A DNA stretch of 64,000 bases from positions 370 through 64,369 of the forward strand of contig JAPLYZ010000007.1 of the NCBI GenBank assembly GCA_026395295.1. Reading direction: 5' to 3'. Below, in pieces: positions 1 to 9,637 of the stretch (position 1 is its first letter; each line of letters begins with the position of its first letter). This DNA is from Candidatus Staskawiczbacteria bacterium (GTDB lineage: Bacteria > Patescibacteriota > Minisyncoccia > Minisyncoccales > Staskawiczbacteraceae). The position numbers and the translations under genes are program-made. The notes beneath the pieces are model-generated. The model saw only the letters and a program-made list of their open reading frames with translations. It made no database searches and was not told the origin of the DNA.

Positions 1-411
1 CGGTATAGCGTTCAACGCTTCATTGTTGCACACCAATATAGACTCTGCTTTGCTGTGCCCCAAGATAAAAATCGGATCGTGTCTAAAAAGCCACTGCCCC
101 AAAGACCTAAAATTTTCCAAAATATGACTCTTGAGAGAAAACCCTTGGAGAAAATTTTTAGGAACGCGATGAGCTCCTCCCCCGGGACCCCTGACATATG
201 CCACGGGCAACAAAGCTCCTATGTAGCTTGCCATCCAATCGTTGGCGTAGGTAACGTGGTGGAATATGTCGAAATGAACTTGTTTATGAAGTTTTTTAGC
301 AACAAAGTATGCTTTTATTACAATATTCCAACCTAAAACACCTTCACCTCCGTCACCGAATCTTCTGTCGGGGTCTTTGAGACATGAATATGCGCAGACT
401 AATAATTTCAT
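1..411 (-). CDS. Glycosyltransferase family 4, N-terminal part (runs off window start; not in ORF track)
   Basis: Manual translation from ATG 411: MKLLVCAYSCLKDPDRRFGDGGEGVLGWNIVIKAYFVAKKLHKQVHFDIFHHVTYANDWMASYIGALLPVAYVRGPGGG..., open to base 1; ATGA overlap with the upstream gene stop. Confidence 0.8.
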   Translation of the reverse strand, partial: MKLLVCAYSCLKDPDRRFGDGGEGVLGWNIVIKAYFVAKKLHKQVHFDIFHHVTYANDWMASYIGALLPVAYVRGPGGGAHRVPKNFLQGFSLKSHILENFRSLGQWLFRHDPIFILGHSKAESILVCNNEALNAIP

Positions 412-1610
412 TTTTTATTGTTTTTTAAATTCATAAGTATTGGCTCTAGTTTATCCACTATATTTTCCCAGCGATACTCTTTCTTTATTAACGCTAAAGA
501 GTTTCTTGATAACCTCTGGCTCAATTCGGGATTATTCAGCAAACCAATAACGCTATTGGAAAAATCCTTCTCGTTGTTGGCTATAATTAAATGTTCTTTA
601 TCAATTACTTTAATGCCCCTGCACCCAACGCTGGTTGAAACAATCGGGATGCCGCTGGCCATTGCTTCAAAAACTTTTAATTTTGTTCCCGCTCCAAAAC
701 GATAAGGTGCCACAAAAACTTTTCCCATTCTATAGTAATCTCCGATGTTCTCTACTGTGCCGGTTACGCGAACTCCTGGTGCTAAACCAAGATTTTTAAC
801 CTCGGCAACAGGATCAGACCCCACTATCCAAAGCTCGGCATCATTAATTTGCTCTTTAATTTTTGTAAAAATAGAACTAACAAACCAAACTGCAGAGTCG
901 ATATTCCTGCGTATATTCATTCCGCCTGACAATATTATATAGTTGCGGTTGTTCTTTGAAATATCGGCCGGATAATATTTTTTTTCGTCAACGCCATTAG
1001 GGACCACCCATACTTTTTTATTCGTTTGTTTGCGGGTAAATTTGGCCTCTTCTTCAGAAACACATAAAATAACGTCAACCTTAGAAAAAATTTTCTTATG
1101 AAACCTTTTTAATTTTATTAAATTGATAACAGAAAAAATTTTTTCTTTCAACCCGCCTTCGTGCAGATAATCTTCGTAAACCAATTCCTCACACTCAGGA
1201 TGGTCCAATAAAACCGACGTGTTGCCGACTGCGCCATCAAAAAGTATGTTTCCCAGAACCGATAGATTCACCCATATTAGGTCGAACTTTTGCAAAGACA
1301 ATGCATTGCTAAAACTTCTCTTCAATGAATCTGTGTAAAAATTTAAAACAGGATACGGCTGGAGAGAGAATAATGATCTTACTGCAGACCCAAAAGATCC
1401 CCTGTTATCTAATTCAAAAAACCGCACTTCTTTACAGACACTTTTCAACGGATTATCAGGCATTATTTTAGGGTTCTTATCTTTACTGCCCGCCAACAAA
1501 ATAATTTCATGCCCTCTGCCCGAAAGTTCTCTCAATAAATTAAATATTCTTACTGATGTGCCTCCATATATCGGCCAGGGCACATAAGGCGAAACCATTA
1601 AAATTTTCAT
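408..1610 (-). CDS. Glycosyltransferase family 4
   Basis: MKILMVSPYVPWP N-terminus, VVPNGVD, GAGTKLKVFEAMASGIPIVSTSVG GT4 motifs. Confidence 0.9.
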   Translation of the reverse strand: MKILMVSPYVPWPIYGGTSVRIFNLLRELSGRGHEIILLAGSKDKNPKIMPDNPLKSVCKEVRFFELDNRGSFGSAVRSLFSLQPYPVLNFYTDSLKRSFSNALSLQKFDLIWVNLSVLGNILFDGAVGNTSVLLDHPECEELVYEDYLHEGGLKEKIFSVINLIKLKRFHKKIFSKVDVILCVSEEEAKFTRKQTNKKVWVVPNGVDEKKYYPADISKNNRNYIILSGGMNIRRNIDSAVWFVSSIFTKIKEQINDAELWIVGSDPVAEVKNLGLAPGVRVTGTVENIGDYYRMGKVFVAPYRFGAGTKLKVFEAMASGIPIVSTSVGCRGIKVIDKEHLIIANNEKDFSNSVIGLLNNPELSQRLSRNSLALIKKEYRWENIVDKLEPILMNLKNNKK

Positions 1611-1615
1611 TTTTT

Positions 1616-3532
1616 TTACAGCTTAGAATTGGACTTAGGTATTAATTTGATTATCTGTCCTACCGGATCCACATTGCTAACCAATTCATAAATCGCGTCC
1701 CTTGACCTGTCTCCAAAAACTTTTTTGTCTTCTGCCGGCAGGTTCATTAACTTCTCAATGCAAACAGCCAATTCATTAACATCTCCAACTGGAAATACAA
1801 ACCCATTGTACTCATTTTTAACCAAGTCTACAATAGAACCAACCTTATCAGAAGCTATAACAGGAAGCCCAAAACACATAGCCTCATTTACTGCCAGCGG
1901 CAAAGCGTCTTTTTTAGACGGCATCACAAAAGCATCTGCCATCGCATAAAAATTGAAAACCGAATCTCTTTGCTGAAACCCAACCATTTTAACATTATGA
2001 AGATTCGATCTATCAATTGTTTGCTCAACTTTTTTACGTATAGGACCATCGCCAACTATAAATAATTTTTTGTTTTCGCTAGCAATCTTGCCATATGCCT
2101 CCAAAAGCGCGATCGGGGATTTTTCCACAGACAGCCGGCCAACATACAAAATGACGAAATCATCTTCTTTCACGCCAAAGGACCTTCTTATACTCTTTCT
2201 CTCTGCCTTCATCTTTTCCCCTTTTTCAAGCAAGTTTTCATATCCCCAAGAAAAAGGCATTTTTAAAATTTTCTCTGGTTTGGCTCCGTAATAAAGATAC
2301 ATTTGCCTGTTTGCCTCTCCTGCCGCCAAAAATCCCGAAGTTCTTTTGAATAAAAACTTAAGCAATATCTGTTTCGCTAATCTTTTTAAAAATACATCCT
2401 GGTGCTCGGACAGGATATTGTTATCTGTCATAAATATAACTGGCGTATTAGACTTTAAGCAAGCATAGAATGCCAACCACCACGTCAAATCATTCCATGC
2501 ATAAAGTATAACCGCATCAAATTTCCCATTTTTTATTTCCTTCAGAACGCCTAAATTTATCAAACCAAGTGGCGAGATAAGATAGGAGGGCATTGGCGAA
2601 TAGTTTTTTATAAATTTATACTTGTAACCTTGCAACAGGTCATTTTTAGGAGTTATATCAGACTTTGTTTTATACCTTTTTTTGACATCAATACCATCTA
2701 TTGTTTCTTTCGAACAGTAATAAACAGTCAAATCTATTTCCGAAGAGAGAGCTATTTTTTTGTAAAATGGAGCAATATAATACAAAGGCGCCGGAGATAC
2801 AATTGCAATTTTATTTTTTTGGGATAATTTTTTACCTTTTTTTATGCACACTATTTCCCAATTATAATAACCAAAAATCGGAATTTTTATATTTCGCGCC
2901 AGTCTCATAAAAAAACTGCTGGCAAATATATTTTTTTCGGCCCCTATTTTTTTCAATATAAAATTAATGACGGAACGATATGTAAGCGTCTTCCTATTTT
3001 CTATAACCTCTAAATTATATTTTCTTAAGACGTCTAAAAGCTGACTTTCTTTTGTGTACTCTCTCAAGTGTGTCGGGTCCAGCGCCCACCTGCCGTTGCA
3101 TTTATAAAAGTACCAGCCGTACCATTTTTTAAAGACAGTTGAAAGATAAACAATGCCATTTTCTGACAACATCCTGCAAACTTCTTTAACCAAATCCTCA
3201 TCACTTTCTACGTGCTCTATAAGCTGAACTGATGAAATAAAATTAACACTATCGCTTCCCAAGCTTTTTACGTTGCAGGCGTCTTCGACAGAACATATAA
3301 TATCTTTATTTATCTTCTTAACCAGTTCTATTCTGTTCCTTGAAAGATCAACTGCATAAACTTTTTTTCCTTTCAAATAACCTTTTTTGTTCAACGCGTA
3401 TAAAAGCGAACCATCTCCACACCCTAAATCTAAAAAGGTATCCGGACTCGCCTTATCAAAATACTCTAAAAATAGCTTCGGCGCCCGATCCATATAAAAC
3501 TGTCTGTATTTTGCGTATTCTTCAATGTCCAT
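1616..3532 (-). CDS. Class I SAM methyltransferase fused to a GT4 glycosyltransferase
   Basis: N-terminal FLDLGCGDG and LIEHV; C-terminal LYVGRLSVEK and EAMCFGLPVIASDKVG. Confidence 0.85.
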   Translation of the reverse strand: MDIEEYAKYRQFYMDRAPKLFLEYFDKASPDTFLDLGCGDGSLLYALNKKGYLKGKKVYAVDLSRNRIELVKKINKDIICSVEDACNVKSLGSDSVNFISSVQLIEHVESDEDLVKEVCRMLSENGIVYLSTVFKKWYGWYFYKCNGRWALDPTHLREYTKESQLLDVLRKYNLEVIENRKTLTYRSVINFILKKIGAEKNIFASSFFMRLARNIKIPIFGYYNWEIVCIKKGKKLSQKNKIAIVSPAPLYYIAPFYKKIALSSEIDLTVYYCSKETIDGIDVKKRYKTKSDITPKNDLLQGYKYKFIKNYSPMPSYLISPLGLINLGVLKEIKNGKFDAVILYAWNDLTWWLAFYACLKSNTPVIFMTDNNILSEHQDVFLKRLAKQILLKFLFKRTSGFLAAGEANRQMYLYYGAKPEKILKMPFSWGYENLLEKGEKMKAERKSIRRSFGVKEDDFVILYVGRLSVEKSPIALLEAYGKIASENKKLFIVGDGPIRKKVEQTIDRSNLHNVKMVGFQQRDSVFNFYAMADAFVMPSKKDALPLAVNEAMCFGLPVIASDKVGSIVDLVKNEYNGFVFPVGDVNELAVCIEKLMNLPAEDKKVFGDRSRDAIYELVSNVDPVGQIIKLIPKSNSKL

Positions 3533-3535
3533 ATC

Positions 3536-4684
3536 TTAAGCCGTAAAATCGTTAACTATTTTTATTATACTTTTCTTAAAATTTTCAATAGAAAATTTAT
3601 GGCTAACCTCTGCCAGCCGTACGCGTAAATTTTCCTGCGCGTTAGTGTCGCATAAGACGGCTTCAATCTTCTTGACCGCATCATTGATGTTATCATAAAT
3701 TAGGGCTGAATCATTTACTATTTCTGTTTGACCGCCGCCGTTCGGAGCAAAAACAATGCAACCAGCGTTAACCATTTCGGCAACTGCAATGCCAAACGGC
3801 TCGTTGCTTCGGCCGGAAATGCCGTATTTATATCTTGCAATAAAATTCAGTTTATCTTGCCCGTACATAGGACCTTCGAAAAAACACCAATCTTTATTAT
3901 TCCCGCAAATCTTTTGAACTTTTTTTGCATAATCTGGGTCGTCAATTTTACCTATGATATGCAAATTAACACTCGGTCTTGTTTTCCTGACTTCTTTTAC
4001 TATTTCTATTATTTTTTCTACCTGTTTTTCAGGAGATATTCTGCCAAGACACACAAAATCTTCTTTTTTTTCCATCCAAGCAATGTATTGACAATCGCCC
4101 GCTATACAAGGATAAATAACCCCCGATTTAATTTTGTAAAATTCTTCTATAATTTGTTTCGTCCAACAAGAGTTCGATATTGTGATATTTTTCTTCCACC
4201 CATCTTCATAAGTCCCAGATAAATTCTCGGCAAGTTTTAGGTAACATTTTCTTAAGAATGATTTTTCATAAAGCCACTTCCGAGCTTTATTCGGCTCAGG
4301 ATCATACATTCTCCGCAATTCATCATTAAAAGATAAATCCGCAATAAATTGAATCCCTTTTTTGCCAAAATCCATAACATTGTATGTTGAAATCACAATG
4401 TCAAAATCAGAGGCTACTTTTTTGGCAAATCTTGCCAACCTATACGACCTCAACGCATCAAATCTATTCTTAAATAATCTTGGCGCTTTGATCTCTACAG
4501 TTTTGATTTCGCCCTCTTTAATATCAGTGCCATAATATTCATTAAGCTTCCCTAAATCGGCCTTGTCTCCACTAATCAAAGAGAGATCATAGTCTTTTTT
4601 CAACACCTCTGCAACCCAAAGAGCCACGGACTCAGAGCCGCCCAACTTTAATTGTGGATGAATAATAGCTATTTTTTTTCTCAT
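3536..4684 (-). CDS. Glycosyltransferase family 4
   Basis: GGSE near N-terminus, LGRISPEK, EPFGIAVAEMVNAG. Confidence 0.9.
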   Translation of the reverse strand: MRKKIAIIHPQLKLGGSESVALWVAEVLKKDYDLSLISGDKADLGKLNEYYGTDIKEGEIKTVEIKAPRLFKNRFDALRSYRLARFAKKVASDFDIVISTYNVMDFGKKGIQFIADLSFNDELRRMYDPEPNKARKWLYEKSFLRKCYLKLAENLSGTYEDGWKKNITISNSCWTKQIIEEFYKIKSGVIYPCIAGDCQYIAWMEKKEDFVCLGRISPEKQVEKIIEIVKEVRKTRPSVNLHIIGKIDDPDYAKKVQKICGNNKDWCFFEGPMYGQDKLNFIARYKYGISGRSNEPFGIAVAEMVNAGCIVFAPNGGGQTEIVNDSALIYDNINDAVKKIEAVLCDTNAQENLRVRLAEVSHKFSIENFKKSIIKIVNDFTA

Positions 4685-4716
4685 TATATTAATTCAACAA
4701 ATTATGCATTTAAAAA

Positions 4717-5499
4717 TTATCTGCCTGCGTAAAGCAAAGAATAATTCCCGGGCTTTATCATAACCTTAAATCCGTTATTTTCTAAAAATTCGACCAAACT
4801 GCGAACGTTATCGTTCTCATCACTATCGTGGTATTCCATGCTTATTTTTTTTATAATGCCTAATGTTTTTTTAGAACAATTAAATAAAATTTTATACTCT
4901 GAGCCTTCGCAATCCATTTTTAGAAAATCTATCCTAAAAATATTATTTCCTCTAACGAAATCATCCAAAGAAATTGTATCGACCATAATCTTTTTTAACT
5001 GCGACCGTCCGCCAAAATTAAAAAAAGAATGCACTCCATGATTATTCTCATCCAAAAAAATAGTTGCCTGACCGGTTGTATCCAAAACAGCTTTATTTAT
5101 AGGAAAAACATTTTTAATTTTATTTATTTCTATATTTTCCCTAAGCATCATAAAATTTTCCGGAGTTGGCTCGAAAGAAAATATTTTTCCATTTTTTGCA
5201 AGCCTCGCGGCAAAAATAGAGAACACACCTATGTGAGCTCCTATGTCTACCACCGTGTCTTCTTCTTTTATCTCAAATCCTTGCGGAGTGTAGCACCTAT
5301 GAGTATAAATCTCATCTATTATACCCCTATCTTTTGAACCAGAACGTACTTTGTATTTAGCGCCACCCCTAAGGCGATAAATTATATATTTGTTTTTAAC
5401 CAGACCAAAATGGTCGGCAAAATAGGTAAAAAAATTCTCAAAGCTTTTAACTTCGTTAATAGCGGTTCTTGCTTTAGATATGATTTTTTTTATAAACAT
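4717..5499 (-). CDS. FkbM-family methyltransferase
   Basis: VVDIGAHIG, FSFEP, IDFLKMDCEGSE. Confidence 0.9.
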   Translation of the reverse strand: MFIKKIISKARTAINEVKSFENFFTYFADHFGLVKNKYIIYRLRGGAKYKVRSGSKDRGIIDEIYTHRCYTPQGFEIKEEDTVVDIGAHIGVFSIFAARLAKNGKIFSFEPTPENFMMLRENIEINKIKNVFPINKAVLDTTGQATIFLDENNHGVHSFFNFGGRSQLKKIMVDTISLDDFVRGNNIFRIDFLKMDCEGSEYKILFNCSKKTLGIIKKISMEYHDSDENDNVRSLVEFLENNGFKVMIKPGNYSLLYAGR

Positions 5500-5506
5500 T
5501 TTTTTA

Positions 5507-6823
5507 TTATTTTTTACTTATTTTTCCAATTACCTCCAAAAAACGCCTGCTCGCATCATATCTTGTTTCAATGTAGTCGTTGTTAAATCCAACTTTGAAT
5601 TCTTCTGCGTCAGGAGCTTTGGCTATTTTTTCAAGATATTGCGCTACTTCTTCGACAGTTTTAAATGACTTATTGCAGGCTCCAAGTTTCTCGAAATTGT
5701 CCACATAAGCCGGATAATTCATAAGTTGCAAAGAAATTTTCGACCTTATAGCCGCCTCCACCAATGAAGTTGAAGAAAAACTTATAAATATATCTGCTTT
5801 GTCTAATGTATTCTCCAATTTCTCCTTCTCCGGAGTAAATCGTATGTTCGGCAGTTTTTTCATTAGAAATCCTCTGTCTTCGGCATAATGGTGTCTGTAA
5901 ATAAACTTTATGTTCAATTTTTTGCAAATTTCAGAAAGATAGTTTATGGTTCCCAATTTCACTTTCAGTAACTCTTTGTTGTGTCTTTGTAGGTCTTGAC
6001 CTAAATAACAAACAACAAGAGCGCTCTTATTCGCCAGACTGCCACCTTTCTTTTCAATTGTATGAGGATAACCCAAAACATAAACATTCTCCGGTTTCCT
6101 CATATTTTTAGTCAAGCAAATTTCTTTAAAATAATTTCCCCAAACTAAAACATACTCTGCTGTCTTAAAATCAAGCACGGGGTTGGGCATATTATGTATC
6201 GCGTGCTGAATCACCAAAACAGGAATGCCTAACTTCCTCCCTATCATTACAATCGCCCGTTCAATCGGAAATACATCGTATGTTAGGACGATATAATCAG
6301 GCTTTACAATCATCAGCCTCTCTTCAATTTTAAAAACTAACCGTCTAAGATATTTTATGTCTTTATTTTCCAAATAAAAAATGACCAACTGCTCTAAATC
6401 ATTAGTCTGTATATAACCCGTTAAATTAAGAATGGCGAACAATCTGTCTTTCTTGCCTTGAGCAATTAATCTTGTTTGGTAATGTTTTTTAGCCTCAGAA
6501 ATAATATGAAAATACTTTGACTCTTCAAACAAAATTTTCTTTTTCCCATCTTTTTTTAGCCTACTATACAATTTTAAAAAATTTTTATCTAAAAAATCGA
6601 GCAATATTCTATATCTATTATAATTCTCAATATGGCGTTTTTGCCCCTCAATAAAAGAACTCTCGTTAATATCTTTAGCCCACTTTATCTTCTTGTATGT
6701 GTTCAGATAATCAAGTATCAAAAAATCGGCAACATCTTTATCGCTCCAAAGATCGAAGTTGTTAAATCCTAATTTTTCGTAATATTGTAAATCAAAAATG
6801 TTATTTTCTTCCGCTTTTTCCAT
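5507..6823 (-). CDS. GT-B-fold polysaccharide biosynthesis protein (sialyl- or glycerophospho-transferase-like)
   Basis: IPVLVIQH, VLVWG, VLGYP, IYRHH, FSSTSLVEAA motifs; paralog of the adjacent gene. Confidence 0.6.
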   Translation of the reverse strand: MEKAEENNIFDLQYYEKLGFNNFDLWSDKDVADFLILDYLNTYKKIKWAKDINESSFIEGQKRHIENYNRYRILLDFLDKNFLKLYSRLKKDGKKKILFEESKYFHIISEAKKHYQTRLIAQGKKDRLFAILNLTGYIQTNDLEQLVIFYLENKDIKYLRRLVFKIEERLMIVKPDYIVLTYDVFPIERAIVMIGRKLGIPVLVIQHAIHNMPNPVLDFKTAEYVLVWGNYFKEICLTKNMRKPENVYVLGYPHTIEKKGGSLANKSALVVCYLGQDLQRHNKELLKVKLGTINYLSEICKKLNIKFIYRHHYAEDRGFLMKKLPNIRFTPEKEKLENTLDKADIFISFSSTSLVEAAIRSKISLQLMNYPAYVDNFEKLGACNKSFKTVEEVAQYLEKIAKAPDAEEFKVGFNNDYIETRYDASRRFLEVIGKISKK

Positions 6824-8144
6824 ATTTTTTTTCTTCTATCTCGCTTATTATCCCTAAAAAACGATTGCCCGGGGTATCTCTTGTTTCCACATAATCATTA
6901 TTAAACTTTAATGCCGATTCCTTCAAGTAAGGGCTTTCGACCATCTTCGTCAAATAACTTTCCAGCTCATTGATACTTTTAGACGATTTATCGCAAACTC
7001 CCAGCTCCTCCAAATTATCCAGCTCTATGGGCAAATCCATAAGTTGCAAAACAATTTTCTTCCTCATTGCAGCCTCAACTAACGCGGTCGACGAATAACC
7101 AACAAAAATATCTGCTCTGCTGAACGTTTCTTCAATTCTTTCGTTCTTTTTAGTAAATTCCACCCCCGACAAATTATTTTCCATAGCCACCCTGTCTTCC
7201 CCCCATGGATGAGGACGATAAATAAATTTAAGCCCCAAATTTTTACATATTAAAGAAAGTCTTTTCACTGTTTCTATTTTAATCTTTAAAAAATTTTTAT
7301 TAAACCTCTCGAAATCCTGGGCCAGATAACAGACCACATAATTTCTTTTTTTATCGGTCTTGTTTTCTTGGTTTTTTGGAGAATATGGATAACCCAAAAC
7401 ATAAACATTTTCCGGCTCTCTTATATTATTATCAACGTATAAATCTTTAAAATGCTTGCCCCAAACTAAGATATAATCTGCTGATTTTCCGCCCATCAGT
7501 GGCTCTAATAAGGGTCCATATTTCATGGATAAAATTCCGTCTTGTATTTCCATGGTAGTAATGCCAAGTTTTCTGGCCACCAGCACAATCGCTTTTTCAA
7601 CCGGGAGCAAATCATTTTTCAGTATTATATAATCAGGCTTAATAATCTTTAACCTTTTCTCCACAAGCTCTATCAACCTATAAAGATATTTTAAATTTCT
7701 TTCTTTTAAATAGTGAAACACATTTCTATTCAATTCGTTCGTATTCATATATCCGGAAAAATCCTTTCTGATGAACAACCTGTCTCTTTTCCCTTGGTCA
7801 ATCAATCCTATCTGATAATTCTTGCCGGTTTCAGATATAACAGAAGGACATCTTGAATTTTGGAACAAAACTTTTTTTTTGCTCTGCTTGCCATTAAACA
7901 ACACCTGCAATCTAAATATAGCCTCATCCAAAAAATCAAAAAACATCTGACTCGCGCTGTTTTTCTCTGCCAAATATTTGCTATCGGCAATAAATGATTC
8001 CGGTATATCTTTTCCCATAACGGTATTACTGTACGCATTCAAAAAATCCCAAATTAAAAATTGAGATAAATCATCACTGTTCCATGACTCGGGCTTGTTA
8101 AATCCTAATTTTTTATAGTAAGAATAGTTTCTGACTAAATTCAT
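6801..8144 (-). CDS. GT-B-fold polysaccharide biosynthesis protein (paralog of 5507..6823)
   Basis: IQDG, ILVWG, VLGYP, IYRPHP, YSSTALVEAA. Confidence 0.6.
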   Translation of the reverse strand: MNLVRNYSYYKKLGFNKPESWNSDDLSQFLIWDFLNAYSNTVMGKDIPESFIADSKYLAEKNSASQMFFDFLDEAIFRLQVLFNGKQSKKKVLFQNSRCPSVISETGKNYQIGLIDQGKRDRLFIRKDFSGYMNTNELNRNVFHYLKERNLKYLYRLIELVEKRLKIIKPDYIILKNDLLPVEKAIVLVARKLGITTMEIQDGILSMKYGPLLEPLMGGKSADYILVWGKHFKDLYVDNNIREPENVYVLGYPYSPKNQENKTDKKRNYVVCYLAQDFERFNKNFLKIKIETVKRLSLICKNLGLKFIYRPHPWGEDRVAMENNLSGVEFTKKNERIEETFSRADIFVGYSSTALVEAAMRKKIVLQLMDLPIELDNLEELGVCDKSSKSINELESYLTKMVESPYLKESALKFNNDYVETRDTPGNRFLGIISEIEEKKYGKSGRK

Positions 8145-8194
8145 TTGGTTTTAAGTCTAGTAAAAATTGCTTATTGTTGATAATATAATTATAT

Positions 8195-9637
8195 ATGTCT
8201 TACAAAAAATTTACAAAAGATGTTGGAATTTTAAGCTTGACCCAAGTCATAGCTGCTTTAAGCGGAATTATCACTTTGCCCATTATAACAAAACTTTTGG
8301 GCGTAGAAAATTATGGAATCTGGATACAATTGTTGGTGACCTTGGGGCTGGTATCTTCCATCGCCATTATAAACCTTCCGTACACTTTGGTCAGGTTTCT
8401 CCCGGGAGAAAAAAACAAAGAAGAAATCCAAGATGGAATTTGGTCTGTATTTATTATGGTGTTTGTTATTCTTATAGTTATTTCCGCTTTGTTAATATTT
8501 TTTTCCGGCGTTATTTCTCTGTTCTTAGGATGCACTCAAAATTTTGTTTTAATTCTGTCTCTGATAATAATATTTGAATGTTTAAACCAGATATTTTACA
8601 ATACTTTCAGGGCATTCCAAGAAATCAAAAAATACTGCTTTTTCACAATTTCCCAAACCATAGGACAAGCAGTGTTAATACTCTCAGCAATAATTTTAGG
8701 ATATGGATTGCTGGGAGCCGTCCTGTCTCTCTTGCTGATAAGAATCATCATATTCCTAATAGCAGGCGCCATGGTCATCAAAAAAGTTGGTGTTAAAATT
8801 CCCAAATTTTTGAGGATAAAAGAATACTTGTCTTTTTGCCTGCCGCTTATTCCAGCAGACACTTCTTCGTGGATCATCCAATCAAGCGATAAATATTTTA
8901 TAGGATTATTCTTGGGAACAATTTTTGTCGGATATTACGCGCCGGCCTATACGCTCGGATCTTTCATCGCCTTTTTTATAATGCCGCTGGGATTTTTATT
9001 GCCGGCCACGCTTTCAAAGCATTATGATGAAAACAAAATAGACGAAGTAAAAGTGTATTTGAAATATTCCTTAAAATATTTTTTAATGATCGCCATACCC
9101 GCGTTCTTCGGACTTTCTGCTTTATCAAGACCTCTTTTATCAACATTTTCCACTCCGGAAATTGCTCAGCATTCGTATCTTGTTGTTCCACTGGTGGCAT
9201 TGGGCATGCTGTTGTCTGGGATCTACGCAATCACTAATCAAATTATTATTTTAAAAAAGAAAACGAAAATAAGTGGGGCTATTTGGATTGTGGCTGCTTT
9301 TTTAAATTTTGGCCTAAACTTTATATTTGTCCCGCTCTTCGGAATTCTAGGGGCGGCGCTTACCACCCTTTTAGCTTACGCCATTATTACTGTTCTAAAT
9401 TGGCGCTACTCTTTCAAAGAACTCAAATTTGATATCGACTGGCAGTTTATTCTTAAAAGCCTTTTTGCTTCACTTTTAATGGCTCTATTTGTTTTTTGGC
9501 TAAAACCTGTCGGGCTATACAAGAATATATATGCTATCATTTCCGGAGTATTAATTTATGGAATTTTAATCTTTTCATTAAGAGGATTTTCCAAACAAGA
9601 GTTTCAATTATTTAAAAATATTACAAAAAATAGTTAA
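8195..9637 (+). CDS. wzx: Wzx/MOP-family polysaccharide flippase
   Basis: Many TM segments; TKLLGVENYG, DKYFIGLFLG, VGYYAPAY, FGILGAALTT. Confidence 0.9.
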   Translation: MSYKKFTKDVGILSLTQVIAALSGIITLPIITKLLGVENYGIWIQLLVTLGLVSSIAIINLPYTLVRFLPGEKNKEEIQDGIWSVFIMVFVILIVISALLIFFSGVISLFLGCTQNFVLILSLIIIFECLNQIFYNTFRAFQEIKKYCFFTISQTIGQAVLILSAIILGYGLLGAVLSLLLIRIIIFLIAGAMVIKKVGVKIPKFLRIKEYLSFCLPLIPADTSSWIIQSSDKYFIGLFLGTIFVGYYAPAYTLGSFIAFFIMPLGFLLPATLSKHYDENKIDEVKVYLKYSLKYFLMIAIPAFFGLSALSRPLLSTFSTPEIAQHSYLVVPLVALGMLLSGIYAITNQIIILKKKTKISGAIWIVAAFLNFGLNFIFVPLFGILGAALTTLLAYAIITVLNWRYSFKELKFDIDWQFILKSLFASLLMALFVFWLKPVGLYKNIYAIISGVLIYGILIFSLRGFSKQEFQLFKNITKNS

